Below are positions 48,589 through 61,300 of a stretch of 64,000 nucleotides of DNA, in pieces. The position numbers and the translations under genes are program-made. The notes beneath the pieces were generated by a model. The model saw only the letters and a list, made by a program, of their open reading frames with translations. It did not search any database and had not been told where the DNA came from. The DNA lies in contig CATNEN010000030.1 of assembly GCA_950097015.1 (NCBI GenBank), forward strand, positions 2,480,001-2,544,000, given 5' to 3'. The DNA is from Macrostomum hystrix. Lineage: Eukaryota > Animalia > Platyhelminthes. Within the stretch, counting starts at the first letter, position 1, and every line of letters starts with the position of its first letter.

Positions 48589-51104
48589 AAAGAGTGGTGT
48601 GAGATTGAGAGAAGCAAAGACGAAAATTAGCGGGACAGGGAAATGCCGATGAGTAGTGTGAAGCGATAACAGCTGTGGCTCCTGAATTGTAATTCAGTGG
48701 GTCAGTCACGGCTCCTTGACAGAGCGTCATAGAAAGAACAGCATCTAAAAATAAAAGGGCTAACACGGATCAATTACGAGTACATAAGGCTTGCTTGTGA
48801 ATAAATTACAGCTACGATATTAACAAATACAATATATTTAGGGAGTATTCTGCAGATATTATTACATAACATCAGGTAGTAAAATTAACATAATCCTGCC
48901 TCGGATTCCCAGTACAGCGTAGCAACTGTAAGTGATTGTAATGCTGCTTGTTCAACTAATACAAATATATTGTGCGACATAAGACTAAAATTTGTTTCGT
49001 ATGACATTAAACAGTGGTCAAGAATGCAAATAGTTTTGTTTCTGGTAAAGTGTGCTATTAAAACTACAAGAACGCCTGCTGCTGCAGTTAAGTATATTTT
49101 TCCAAGAAATTGTTGCACATAAAAAATACACAGTCGACAAGCAAGTCAGTCTTTAAAGAAAAAGCAGATCCATATCAATAAAACTAGTTAAAGTAGTGCT
49201 TTACAACAGAAACGCATTTTAACCTGCATTGCATAACAAATTTTAATCGTGCGTACAGCAATGGTCTCTCTGACTATTAGAGCAGTTCACTAAAATTGTG
49301 TCAGAGAGTGGAGATCAGCCATATAGATTGTGCATGCCTACTGTGCTTAAGCATAAAAGCTGACGATAGCCGTTATTTTAACATGCTGTATGTACTTGGC
49401 GCTATAGAGAACTAACGCAAAATTGACAAGGAAAAAATACGGCTCGTATGTTGGTATACATAAAAGTATGCCACAAAGTAATTTTTACCTTTATTTATTA
49501 CTGAAGATTGTCTACCTGTTTTAATGTACCCTAATTTTAGTCATCAAATTAGACAATTTGAATTAAACAAGACAAAAAGTGTAACAGCTGTTGTATAAAA
49601 AACCATAGCAGAGACTAGACAGATGACTATCGCTATAAACAGGCGACTACGGCCGAAAAGAACAGGAGCCTTTTATTGCAAAAGGATGTTTAAGAGGCAG
49701 AAGAGAGATGGGGAAGTGAGGCAATGGGACGAAAAGCCTGACTTAAACAGCGCATGCAAGTATCCGACTTGAGTTGCCCTTCATGCGAGCACTGCTTCCT
49801 GACTCAAGCACCCATCACCCAAGCTGTGTACGACCGGCCTACCCCCACTGAGCTGCGACTAAAAGTACACACCGCCTCACACCTAGAGTAGACAGAAAGG
49901 AAAACTTAAGACAATTCGACAAAGGAACTACTGCAGGTGAGAGTAGGGACATTGGGGGAAAGAGAGAAGTTGATGCGAGGTATTAGCAATCGATCATTCG
50001 ACGATTCCATCACTATGACATGAGAGGAACTGCAGAAGCAAGATAAGCAACAAATTATATATATGCTTGGTTTTGTGGATTAAGCAAGCGAAGGACGGAT
50101 AGCACAACACTGACGATCGTAGATCTAAATTAAAGGTGAAAACAGGTGCAAGCTGTTGCAGTCAGAGATTAAGTAGATAGAGAAAAATTACATATAATGC
50201 CCGTTACATTATTGCAACAAGAGAATAAGAGAACAAAAGGAGCTAATAAGGCTTAGGCGGATACGATAAGGAACTTTTCGTCCTTAATGTACTTCTGCTG
50301 CTTCATAATTCATAATTTATCTCACCCTAGTGTACAACAGCATCAAGGGCATAAATAGCTGCTGTAGTGCAATAAAGGGAGATGCAGTAAGTGGTCTTCA
50401 AAACATTTTTCGTAAAATACTAGTGATGCTTCCTGACTCAAAATTAAATGAGTTCTCCTGCAGGGTAAGCAAGTCGATGCCTTTTCTGTGTTGAATAACC
50501 CGAACTGGGAGATAATACTAATGGGCTCTCACAACTCACGATAAAATGTCCACCAGTGTTATAATAATATAAATGCACAAGAGAATCACTGTTTGAGATT
50601 TAAAAAATCACATGTGATTTAATTCGAAATTTGCGTTCTGTGCAAGCAGTACCAGCTTTTAGGAGTTGCGATGATAGTGAGAAAAACTATTTCGGTGCAG
50701 AGACTCAAAAGACTGTGCAGGCTAGACTAGACTGTGGAACTAGAAATACAAAATTGTGGGCTTTGACAAAATTCGCGACTACGAGTAAAATAAAATCGAT
50801 AAAACTCGGTATCGGTGCAGTAAATCAGAGAGCATCAGTACTGCGCTATCGAGTCCACTGCAGAACTTTTAAGCCAGCAGGGTTGCACTTCGGGGTGGAG
50901 CATAGTTAAGAAAATATGCGACTAACTTTTTAAGACCGATTGCCAAATAAAATCTAAGATCAATTGCAGTTTAAAAATGTTATAACAAAATTAACACAGA
51001 AAGCTGAGGCTTTGATATGGGATTTTTCAGAAACGGAAGCAGCGAAAATACAAGTAGCTTAGGAAACTGTTTCACTCAGTTTATCGCTGCGACATCCGCT
51101 CCCC

Positions 51105-51395
51105 CTTACCCAGATGTGCAGCCGACAGCACAGCCGCAGCTACGAGTATTGCGCGGCGCATCTGAAAGCTGCATACGGCTGTTCAGTCCATGGACTGGGG
51201 GGACGCCACACCCACCCCCAAATTACGATGCTGGTACCCATTTATCAGCTGGGTGAACTGAAGCAATTCAGAGTTAAGTGTCTTGCTAAAGGACACAAAT
51301 TGTTCCAAGTGATGATTCAAGTGGAGTCAGGAATCGAACCCACGAACTTCAAGTCATTTGACTAACGCTCTAACCACTAGGCTACAATCCCCGCT
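51105..51395 (-). mobile_element. SINE-B, best-preserved copy; tRNA head + CORE-like domain
   Basis: A box GTAGCCTAGTGG, B box GGTTCGATTCC, central TGTGTCCTTTAGCAAGACACTTAAC...GCTTCAGTTCACCCAGCTGATAAATGGG. Confidence 0.85.
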
Positions 51396-51418
51396 CTCAG
51401 TCAAGGATGGCAGTAGTC

Positions 51419-53179
51419 TCAGGCCCAGATGCGCAGCGTGGTGTCCCAGCTGCCGGTGCAGACTGCCGTGCCGTCTGGCACCACCCGCAGGCAGCTGACT
51501 CGGTTCTCGTGTCCGTACAGCATTGCCACGCGCTTGGCTTTCAGCACGTCCCAGACGTTGAGCACATAGTCTGAGTAGCCGGCGAACAGTAGCCGGCCGC
51601 TCAGGCTGAAGTCGACGGCATTGCAGCCGAACAGCACTGACTCTTTCTTGTAGACTGCGACCTCGCGATCCGTGCGCAAATCGAATAGGCGGCAGCTGGC
51701 GTCGTCGCTTCCGGTTACAAAAGCGTCTCCCGAAGGATAGAATCTGACACTGTTGACGTCGGATTCGTGACTGTCGAAGAGCTGGACGCACTGGCCGCTG
51801 CGCATGTCCCAGACGTTGGCGGCCCGGTCGCAGCCGGCCGAGACGAACACCCGGCCGCTCTCGGACGGGCTCAGGTCCAAAGCTTGAACATCGCCGGCGT
51901 GCCCGTGGAACGATTGAATCATCTGACCGCTTTCAACGTCCCAAAGGACGCAGGTGGAATCGCCGCTGCCTGTCAGTACCTGTGAAGTTTTGTTTGAATT
52001 AAATGTATTTTTAAATACAGAATCGAATTTCATGGCGATAAAGACTCCAAATGAGCAAACACTCACTTGATGATCAGATGTATTAAACTGGCAGCAGGCC
52101 AGGTAAGATGTGTGCGTGCCGACGAGTCGTTTCTTTGTAACTGGCTCCTCCTCGAGCAGCGGGTAGATGCTGCATTTGTTGTCAAGGCCGCCGCAGGCTA
52201 CAAACTGGCCAGATGGGCTGTAGGCGCAAGCCATGACCCAGGTGGTCGCCATGGAGATAGCATGCTCCTTGTTGGTAGTGAATGCATCCCAAACCAATAG
52301 TTTTCCATCCTGGTATGGTTAGCAATATAGAATCAATGATATAAAATCTTGATGTGGGCAATTATTGGGAATATACGCTCGTACTAAACAAATAGGTTAG
52401 CTAAACAAAACAAATAAGTATATGAATAGAAAAATAAGCCAATTGATTCCATTCAACATGGAGCAACTGCCTCCAAAACCATATTATGAACTTACATGAG
52501 ATGTCGACACCAGATGACGCTTGTCCTGAGACCATGACATGCAAAGAACTTTTCCTTGGTGGCCTTTGAGTACTTTGCGAACTTTTATGTTGACTTGAGT
52601 GATTGGTTCAATCTTCTGACAGGATAGTATTACTAAAATGGAATTAGAAAAAAAATATTCAAGATAATATGCTTTCGAATTTTTTTCGTGAAAATGCAAA
52701 ACTTGCAAACGAAAGGCACAAAAACTGCTCATGAGTGTAGGCTTTTTTTATAAACAAAATATTCAAGTAAAAACATTTATATTCTTTGAACAAAAAGCTG
52801 TCAATTTCAAGACAATATGTTAATAAACAAAAAATTATTTTACTATAAAGAAAACATACTTGTTAGATAGAACCAAGTAGCCAAATTATAGATATGATCG
52901 GTTTTAGAACCTCAAACTGTTTAATATTGAAAAAAACGTGTTTATATGTAACACCTAAACAATTTTCCCATTTAAGAAATTTAAGTAAAAGCCACAATAA
53001 ATACTAATATAAGTATAAATGAAAAATAGAGTCTCAATAATATTTAACATTTGCAATTTACAGAATTACCCTCCTTGAAAATTTAATAACTTACAGTCTG
53101 CATCAGACAATTTTCCTTGCTCCTCTGCAAGCTTCTTTTTCAACGTTTCTATTTCCCCAGCAAGATCTTGTTCCTCCAT
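51419..53179 (-). CDS. GNB5: G protein beta-5 subunit (~341 aa)
   Basis: Exons 53179-53095, 52632-52496, 52309-52067 and 51979-51419, all GT-AG and in frame. GNB5-type motifs [43 protein letters not shown] and GHENRVS...[10 protein letters not shown]. Confidence 0.95.
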
Positions 53180-56100
53180 TTGAACTGGTTAAGCGTTTCC
53201 TTTCTGAGGAATTTGTGGTAGTTGTTGTTTGATTGATTTTTGTACAACAGCACGTCTTAAAATGATATAAAGCTAATTGACAGGAAAGTTTTTGGACTCA
53301 AATAGTAAAAATCTATAAAAATAATGCCACAGCGCGATAATAAAAATAGAATGCATCAGTGGAAGTTGAAAATATAATAAACTTTTCCGTGGCATCATAA
53401 AAATGTATTTTAAGTAAGCTTTAAACCCCATAGACTTTATTAGTCGGGCAGCTTATTGCTGGAAAATTTACATTTGCATACTTTGTTTTTTTACTTTTGT
53501 TTCATTCCTTGTGACAAAATCGCGGTCTTTTAACTTTCTACCGAATGGTGGAAAACTTTAGCAAAGAATGTTATAGTATCGTTTATCGTTTATCAAGCTG
53601 AACTTTTTAATTCATATTGAGCATGATTTCTTCAACTTCGATGTGTAACTTCTAAACATAATCTTCAAAAATCCAGATATGGTGTACTACATTTATATAT
53701 AAATATTTAATTCTTTTAAAACATAAAACTTTATGTCCTATCATCCTATTCCTATTTATCTGTCTTTAAGTTTTAGATATATATCTTCGTTTTAATTTAC
53801 TTTAAAGACATAGCTTTTTTTATAATGGTAGGATATTTAAGCAGCAAAAATGATCTAATCTAATGTAGTTAACTTTATAAGATCTTGAATTGAATCAATA
53901 TGCCCTTAGCCCTTAGGGCAATATTTATATTTTTGGCCTAACCAGCCATAAAAACCAGATTTCGTTAACTGTTTAGCACCTTTTCTGACTATGGCTAAGC
54001 AACCTAATTGGGCATGGCCTAGGCCCTAGGCTACTTAATGTTATAAAAAGTGTGAATAATGTTAAACAAATTCCAATTAATTTTTAGGAGAGTAGGCCTA
54101 TGTAGTGATGTTGCAGAGAATATTAATTATTCCTTTTCTCAAGTTTGGTAATGGTTAGGCCCTATGGCTTTGAAATTCTTTGAAATCTATGAATAGTATA
54201 AGTACCAAGGGGGATTTCCACCCCCTTTGCAGGACAATTTTGTGTTCCCCCACATTGGGTGGGAACAATGCAAGCGCATGAAACTTAAGAACATAGGCCA
54301 AATTTTTGTTGCACATCTTCTGAAACAAGAATCAAGTAGCTAGCTCCTTAGATCATTGAAATATTTAATGGTTCTGCCTGAAGGTCAGATTTTTTCCCAT
54401 AAGCACATGTATTTCATAGACCCCCATACACAAATTGGCACTGCACCTAAGTGCAGCCTTGCTAGGCCATCCAAATTTATTAACATACCACCTAGATGTG
54501 CCTACATTATCTCCATCTTAAGCGGTCACCCACCTTTATATCTAGGCATACTACTAGACCTTCAAGGGCTATAACCAGTGGAAATATGCCACTATTGATA
54601 CCCTGACACAAATTTCTCAAATTTTAATGGTCAATCCTAAATATTAGGCGCATCTAAATCACAAGACACCACTGCATCCTCTGTCAACCAATCAGCTACC
54701 ATCTAACACTTTTAATATTTCAGGATTGCCAAAAAAGTTTTTAGGGAAGAATTCTCCTTTGGTATTAAAATGGCTTTGTAATTCATTGAATTCTCTCTCT
54801 TCCTTAAATTCTGTTTGAAATATCTTTCTCCCAAGAGATTGATATAATTTTCTTACAAGTAAATGACTCTATATTTTCATATTTCTGTGTGTTAAAGTTT
54901 TATCCAAATCAATAGACTATTTACTATTGACTATTTATAAACAAGCATTTAATTAGGCTAGTTTGTATTTTTACTAATTAGCAATAGCTATATTTATCAA
55001 TATGCTGCCTGTGCTTCATTTCATTGTCTATTGTTAAAATTTAATTATGACTAGATTTTTGTTTAATTTAGAAAATAGACTCAAATGATATGCCACTTTA
55101 TTGCTATAACAAACAAGATCTAATATTATTAAAATCTCTTAAGACACTTTGAGCTATTAGTGAGTGCTAGTTTATAAAATATAATGATTTTTTAAGAATT
55201 AGTTGATATGCTCTTTTTAATCCATTTTAACCCTAAAATTAAAGAGCAAGAATAAATAGCTAGCTAGACTGTTTATGATTGCAACTTCTTTTGTCTTCTA
55301 GACGATAAGAAGCCTACTATGATAGTTTTATTGTATGAAAATAAATATGTATTTCCATAATCTCTCTGTTTTGCTTGTATGAGTCATTTGGTTTAATTTT
55401 TGGCATTTTAATAAACAGTATTTACAAAGGTAAAAACTCTTTTATTTTGTTGTAGGAGGCTGCCAACAATACTCAACTAACTAAAAGTAAAGACTAATAT
55501 AGGTTTTTATTACTTCTGACAGTGGGACAGCTAGACTTAAAACCCATTTGTTACACTTTGACTACTATTTTTCAGTATTAGTTTCTCTATAGACAGAAAG
55601 TGGCAAATACATGTCATTTAACTTATTTAGTTAATAAGTTAGTGCATACTATATTTTTTGTGTTAAATTTATAGAATATCTTCTTCAGTACATATGTAAG
55701 TTTCGATATTTTTGTTAGTTAGTAACAGTTTATAAACTTACTTTCCTTTGCAACTTAACTTACAACTCATGATTTAAGTTTGTTTTCAATATTTAAAGTA
55801 TAAGTGATAGTATATCTAAATGTCTTATTTAATGAAATATTTATTTTGTTGAGAACTACAACTTGAGCAAGCAGGAAAATGTTGCTTTATTTTATTTAGA
55901 AGTCTAGAGTTAGATGCGCTATTCAGGTGGCAAGATTTCACACCAAGATGGTTGGGTGGATGGATCCCCAGGCTGAATACATGCAGGGATGGTCTGGCTG
56001 GCACAGCAAAATAAAAATGCACACAGTCGAATATTGCTACACAAATCTCTCTACTACTAGTAGTGCAAGTAAAGCATTTAGTGGCAAATTTAATTAAATC

Positions 56101-56888
56101 GTTTTATTAGAGACAGGTTGGAAGACTGTTCTTCCTAATTGACCGGTTTTTACTTCTAGAACAGTGTTGAGACTTATAAATAGTTTTAACTTTAGTTTTT
56201 CACTGATAAACTAACGACTCTTCCTTTGCCCGATAGGCATTCTTATTTGTTAAAACGTTTGCTTGGATGGGGTATCTAAAATTTTAAAATCGGGCTAGAG
56301 AGCCAGAAATAGTTAAGGGCTCTAATAAGCAAGTTCCTAACATTCGTCCTGGCTCTGCTACTACCGTTAAGATCTGACTAAATTAATTCTTTGCCAGCTA
56401 TTTTAGTGGGGCTAATACAATAGCCTAAATTTCAGTGCTCCAATCCCATCTGACTTTCTGGTCGCAGATTAAAAGCCATGAAGTGTGTCTAAAACTGTAA
56501 AACCGATTCGCATACAATATACCATACTTGCAAACGAATTTGTGTAATAACTCTTATCTCTATGCGTGCCAAAGTGCTTTTCGTTGTTTTTCTAGTTTTC
56601 TTATCTCGATTCTCGCTGTCCAGAGTTTCGTGGTACAGTTAGGTTTTTTGTTCTGAACCTTTGTTCTGAAACCAACAGAGCAAAGTTGGCACTCGTTTTT
56701 CGCTTGCACGCACGCAGTTTTTTTAACGAAGGCCCTGTGAAAGGCCAGCTTGGTGCGTTTAATTTTGAGCACACAAAAACCTCATTGCCAGAGATTTGTT
56801 ATTCATGTAAGGCAGTGAGAGACAAAAAAGACGGTGAATTGAGATTAGAAGTTGACTTTTAACCTAAATTTAATACAAAAAGAGCTTG

Positions 56889-57010
56889 TAGCCTAATAGT
56901 TAGACTGAGTGGTCGGGAGTTCGAATCGTAGCCCAAGGTAGACTGCGTTCTTGAGGAAGACATTTAATTCCTCGATGCTTTAGTTTACCCAGTTGTAAAA
57001 TGGCTAACAG
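56889..57010 (+). mobile_element. SINE-B-like head and core fragment
   Basis: GGTCGGGAGTTCGAATCG head; TTGAGGAAGACATTTAA...TTTAGTTTACCCAGTTGTAAAATGG core. Confidence 0.6.
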
Positions 57011-58325
57011 AATTCGCTGTGGTTCAAATTAAGAGGAACAAAACATTGCAACGATCAACATGGCCATATTTTTCAATTTCACTAAAGGTTAGCCCAACTC
57101 GCCTATTCAATTTTAATTTCTTTAAGCAGCTTGATGAATTGAATCAAACCGTAATGGTTTTGCCTAAGATTCGGCTCATACAGTACACAGAGTGGTGCAG
57201 TCGATTTCAAAAGGACATTGCTCCATAGCCAGATAAATGAGAGGCCAACGTTATTTAAGTGCCTTAATTGTCACGGGGGGAGAGTTGCCCTCGAACTTTC
57301 GTTTCTTTTCTGCACTAGCACGTCTCTTTGGAATTTACGTTCTTTATTGTTGGCTTCTTAGTGAGACTGTTTGTTGGCTAATTCCTGCTCAGAACAGTCT
57401 AATAATGGCACTATGCGAGCCTTTCTCGGCATTCATAATTCGCCAGCCACTTTGGTAGCCTAACTGCCGCCAGTCATCATAGCCTGTTGAGCTAGCTCCT
57501 TTTGCCGAGTTTAAGATATCTGTCGCCTCTTTAATAGCCAGTCCATCTACTGTGGCTGCGCGGCTTTCGCTCTGCCATCTCAATTTGCGCTGCGGTTTAC
57601 TAGCTAAAGAAAAAATGCAACGCTACTCTGACTTGGAGTCCAAACCATCTCTATGCGAGTACTTGACTAACAAAGCATGACCCTGGGACACAACTGGTTG
57701 AAGCATTTTGTGCTCAAACTCTACTCACCTCAACCAGCCGCCTCCCTACCCCAACCCAGATGAAGGACTCCGCGCCAGCGTGCAGCTGAATGGCCAACCA
57801 ATGTCTTTTCTCCTCCGTGCATTTCGTGTCTTAGCCTAACCACAGCGTCGAAGGAGCGGAGAAATAAAAAAAAACTAGAAAAATAGAGGGCGAGAGAGAA
57901 CAAGAAATCTGGCGTGCGTTTAGGTGTGTTTTTTGGTTTAAACACTGGGCCAGAATGCCTAAGGTGGCAGCCCCGAAGCCGGCATCGTTTTTTTCGAATC
58001 GTCAGCTAAAAGAAAGAACTTTTTGAGAAAAAAACTTTTCGCTTTTATCTCTTCATTCTCGCACTCCATTCCTGTGCGCTGATTGGAAGGATAGAGAGTG
58101 AGAGAGTGTAGAATTGTATGGAAGCACCACAAATAGATATATTATATGTGAAAAAATTAGCTCAACCTTGCGAACAAAAATCTTAGCGAAAAAAGCTGAG
58201 GGTACTCCGAACGCCTAACCGAAGATTGCCAGTCCAGCACGCTGCGCATCCAACTTGGCTCACGGCGTGCTCAGAAAGCCCAAACTTACTGCTTAGAAAG
58301 TATTCTTCTTCTACACGAAATTACT

Positions 58326-61300
58326 ATGGAAGAATTCTACTTTGACAAAGAATTTAAAGAACAGTCCGATTTTAACTTCGACCAGTACCAGTACCTGTTC
58401 GGCCTGCAGCCTAAGCCGGACAGCGCTGAAGATAATCAACTGCCAGTTGGCATTGTAAAAAAGACGCGCTCAATAAGGCACAAATCTGGCGGCAGCGACG
58501 CTTCAGATTCCATCAGTCAGTTGTTGCACGTGACTTTCAAACAGGCAGATAATGGCGATCAACTGGGTGATGATTATCTAGATGATGACGGTGACGATAG
58601 TGCTTTTATTGCCGACAGCCTCTTAGGCGCGACGTCCACTTCGATGCGGCTTCCGTCTAGAAAGCATCGACATCGATTGCCGCCGGATTCGGCCCCCGCC
58701 CAGCCGACTGGCATTCCCACGCCTGCTCCAGTGCGGCATAGGCAGCAGCAGCAGAAGAATGAGCACCTACCAAGGCGTGTCAAATCGCGCGATCCTTCGC
58801 CATTGGATCACGGATCAGTTGGATTTAGAAATCGATATAGCAACGGCGATGCTGAGAACGATCGAGGAGGTAGTGCAGCCAGTCTTATAGCCTGTAAAAT
58901 TGTCACTGCATTGAATTTAAATCTTTAGGCATGGTTTCAAACAGAAGATATGCTGGATCTCCAAACAGAATACACTAAAATTCCAAGTTTTTACTGTCAT
59001 AATTGTTAACTATGTCCAGACATAAGCGTATCTATTATCTGTCTTAACTATAACACTGTCTGTTCCGCTTTTCTTCCAGAGCAGCACAGCGGACAGCTAT
59101 CACAGCGCCATATGAACCGGCCAACTAACAATGGCGGCCAGCTGAGGCGGCCGCAGCAGCAATACGCCGGCGTTGGCCGGGTTGCAATGTCCTCCGCTGC
59201 TAGTGAGTCTTGCTCTCAGTGTACTGCCAACTCTATTGGTTTGAATAGATCCTGATCCTCAGTTAAAACAGGCACCATCTTCCCAGATCCTCATCTCAAA
59301 CAAGCATTATCTTCCCAGATCCTCATTTCAAACAGGCAGCTTCCCAGATCCTCATTTCAAACAGGCACCATCTTCCCAGATCCTCATTTCAAACAGGCAC
59401 CATCTTCCCAGATCCTCATTTCAAACAGGCACCATCTTCCCAGATCCTCATTTCAAACAAGCATTATCTTCCCAGATCCTCATTTCAAACAGGCAGCTTC
59501 CCAGATCCTCATTTCAAACAGGCACCATCTTCCCAGATCCTCATTTCAAACAGGCACCATCTTCCCAGATCCTCATTTCAAACAGGCACCATCTTCCCAG
59601 ATCCTCATTTCAAACAAGCATTATCTTCCCAGATCCTCATTTCAAACAGGCAGCTTCCCAGATCCTCATTTCAAACAGGCACTATCTTCCCAGATCCTCA
59701 GTTCAAACAGGCACCATCTTCCCAGATCCTCATTTCAAACAGGCACCATCTTCCCAGATCCTCAGTTCAAACAGGCACCATCTTCCCAGATCCTCAGTTC
59801 AAACAGGCACCATCTTCCCAGATCCTCATTTCAAACAGGCACCATCTTCCCAGATCCTCATTTTAAACAGGCACCATCTTCCCAGATCCTCATTTCAAAC
59901 AGGCACCATCTTCCCAGATCCTCATTTCAAACAGGCACCATCTTCCCAGATCCTCATTTCAAACAGGCACTATCTTCCCAGATCCTCATTTCAAACAGGC
60001 ACCATCTTCCCAGATCCTCAGTTCAAACAGGCACCATCTTCCCAGATCCTCAGTTCAAACAGGCACCATCTTCCCAGATCCTCATTTCAAACAGGCACCA
60101 TCTTCCCAGATCCTCATTTTAAACAGGCACCATCTTCCCAGATCCTCATTTCAAACAGGCACCATCTTCCCAGATCCTCATTTCAAACAGGCACCATCTT
60201 CCCAGATCCTCATTTCAAACAGGCACTATCTTCCCAGATCCTCATTTCAAACAGGCACCATCTTCCCAGATCCTCATTTCAAACAGGCACCATCTTCCCA
60301 GATCCTCATTTCAAACAGGCACCATCTTCCCAGATCCTCAGTTGAAGAAGCCAATCGAAACAGTTCTTAGGCTCCTAGAGCTATAGGATCTATATTAGCC
60401 CCAAAAAAGGCATAAAAACAGGTCCTAATGTTCCTGAAGTAATGTACTTTTGTGCATTTTCTCTCCACCATGCATCAAGAATTAGCAACTGGTTGGCATT
60501 AGGCAGCGAAAACCGTACGCCTTTTTACGTATGTAAAAGCCTGTCCTATCGATTCAGGCATCTAAAGATGCCCAACATAGTTAATCCCCCAAGCTAAAGA
60601 AGTAATTCATCTCGTTTTCGTGGAAATGTAATTAGATTTCAACCCAATGCTGAATTGTATCATCAGATTAATCATTTCGTTAGTTGAACTTTTAAAATAT
60701 GCTAAGCTATGGTATGGATTTTGAATATAAGTTTATATATAACTCGTTAAACTAGTTAAGTATTGATTTTTACTGCAGGAGTGATAAAATTAAACTAACT
60801 TGTTATAAATGCACGTCTGATGTACGCTTGCAGTAAACCTAAATTCATTTCCAATTATGGAATGACTAAGACAGGCTTACGAGGAATTACTAACCACGTT
60901 TTACCTTTACTCCCTCCCCGTTCGGCTGAGTAGATTTTTCTGTTCTGTATTTAAAATCTGAAATTTTATTTGCGCCACTTCCTGTGCTTATAATTGCATG
61001 CTGAATATGCGCCACTTGTTATAATGCAATTATAGTTTTCCTATACTTTCGGGTCTACCAGTGTGGGGCTATAATATCTATTAGAGCATGCTTTCGCAAA
61101 CTCTCATTGTTCCCATCAAATGACTCAACACTTTACGGAAAAAATTGAAGTTTTTTTTTGAGCTTAGCTTAATGTGGTATAATTACGATAAAGGAGTTGA
61201 GCCCAAATGCAATAATTATTTGCGCAGTAAGGCTACGGCCACTGACTAATCATTTGCCAGCGATCTATTTGTATGGAAATAGAGACAGTTGAACTAATAA

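Noticed and set aside
40388-48652. Repeat ORFs (MVPGVILA, SYGSCYD, SQNRSRNH, PPIVYPLL, GVADRLWV, HTHT)
   Set aside because: They are all products of 24-bp, 30-bp or dinucleotide arrays with no unique coding context.
51330-51395. tRNA genes at A/B-box sites (also 3030, 19850, 22900, 25640, 37230, 56900)
   Set aside because: No complete cloverleaf or acceptor stem; each continues into a SINE body.
18622-60343. Common origin of the GATC/CCAGCT-containing arrays (18622, 21898, 43075, 59250)
   Set aside because: The shared words are only 4-6 nt and the units do not align overall.
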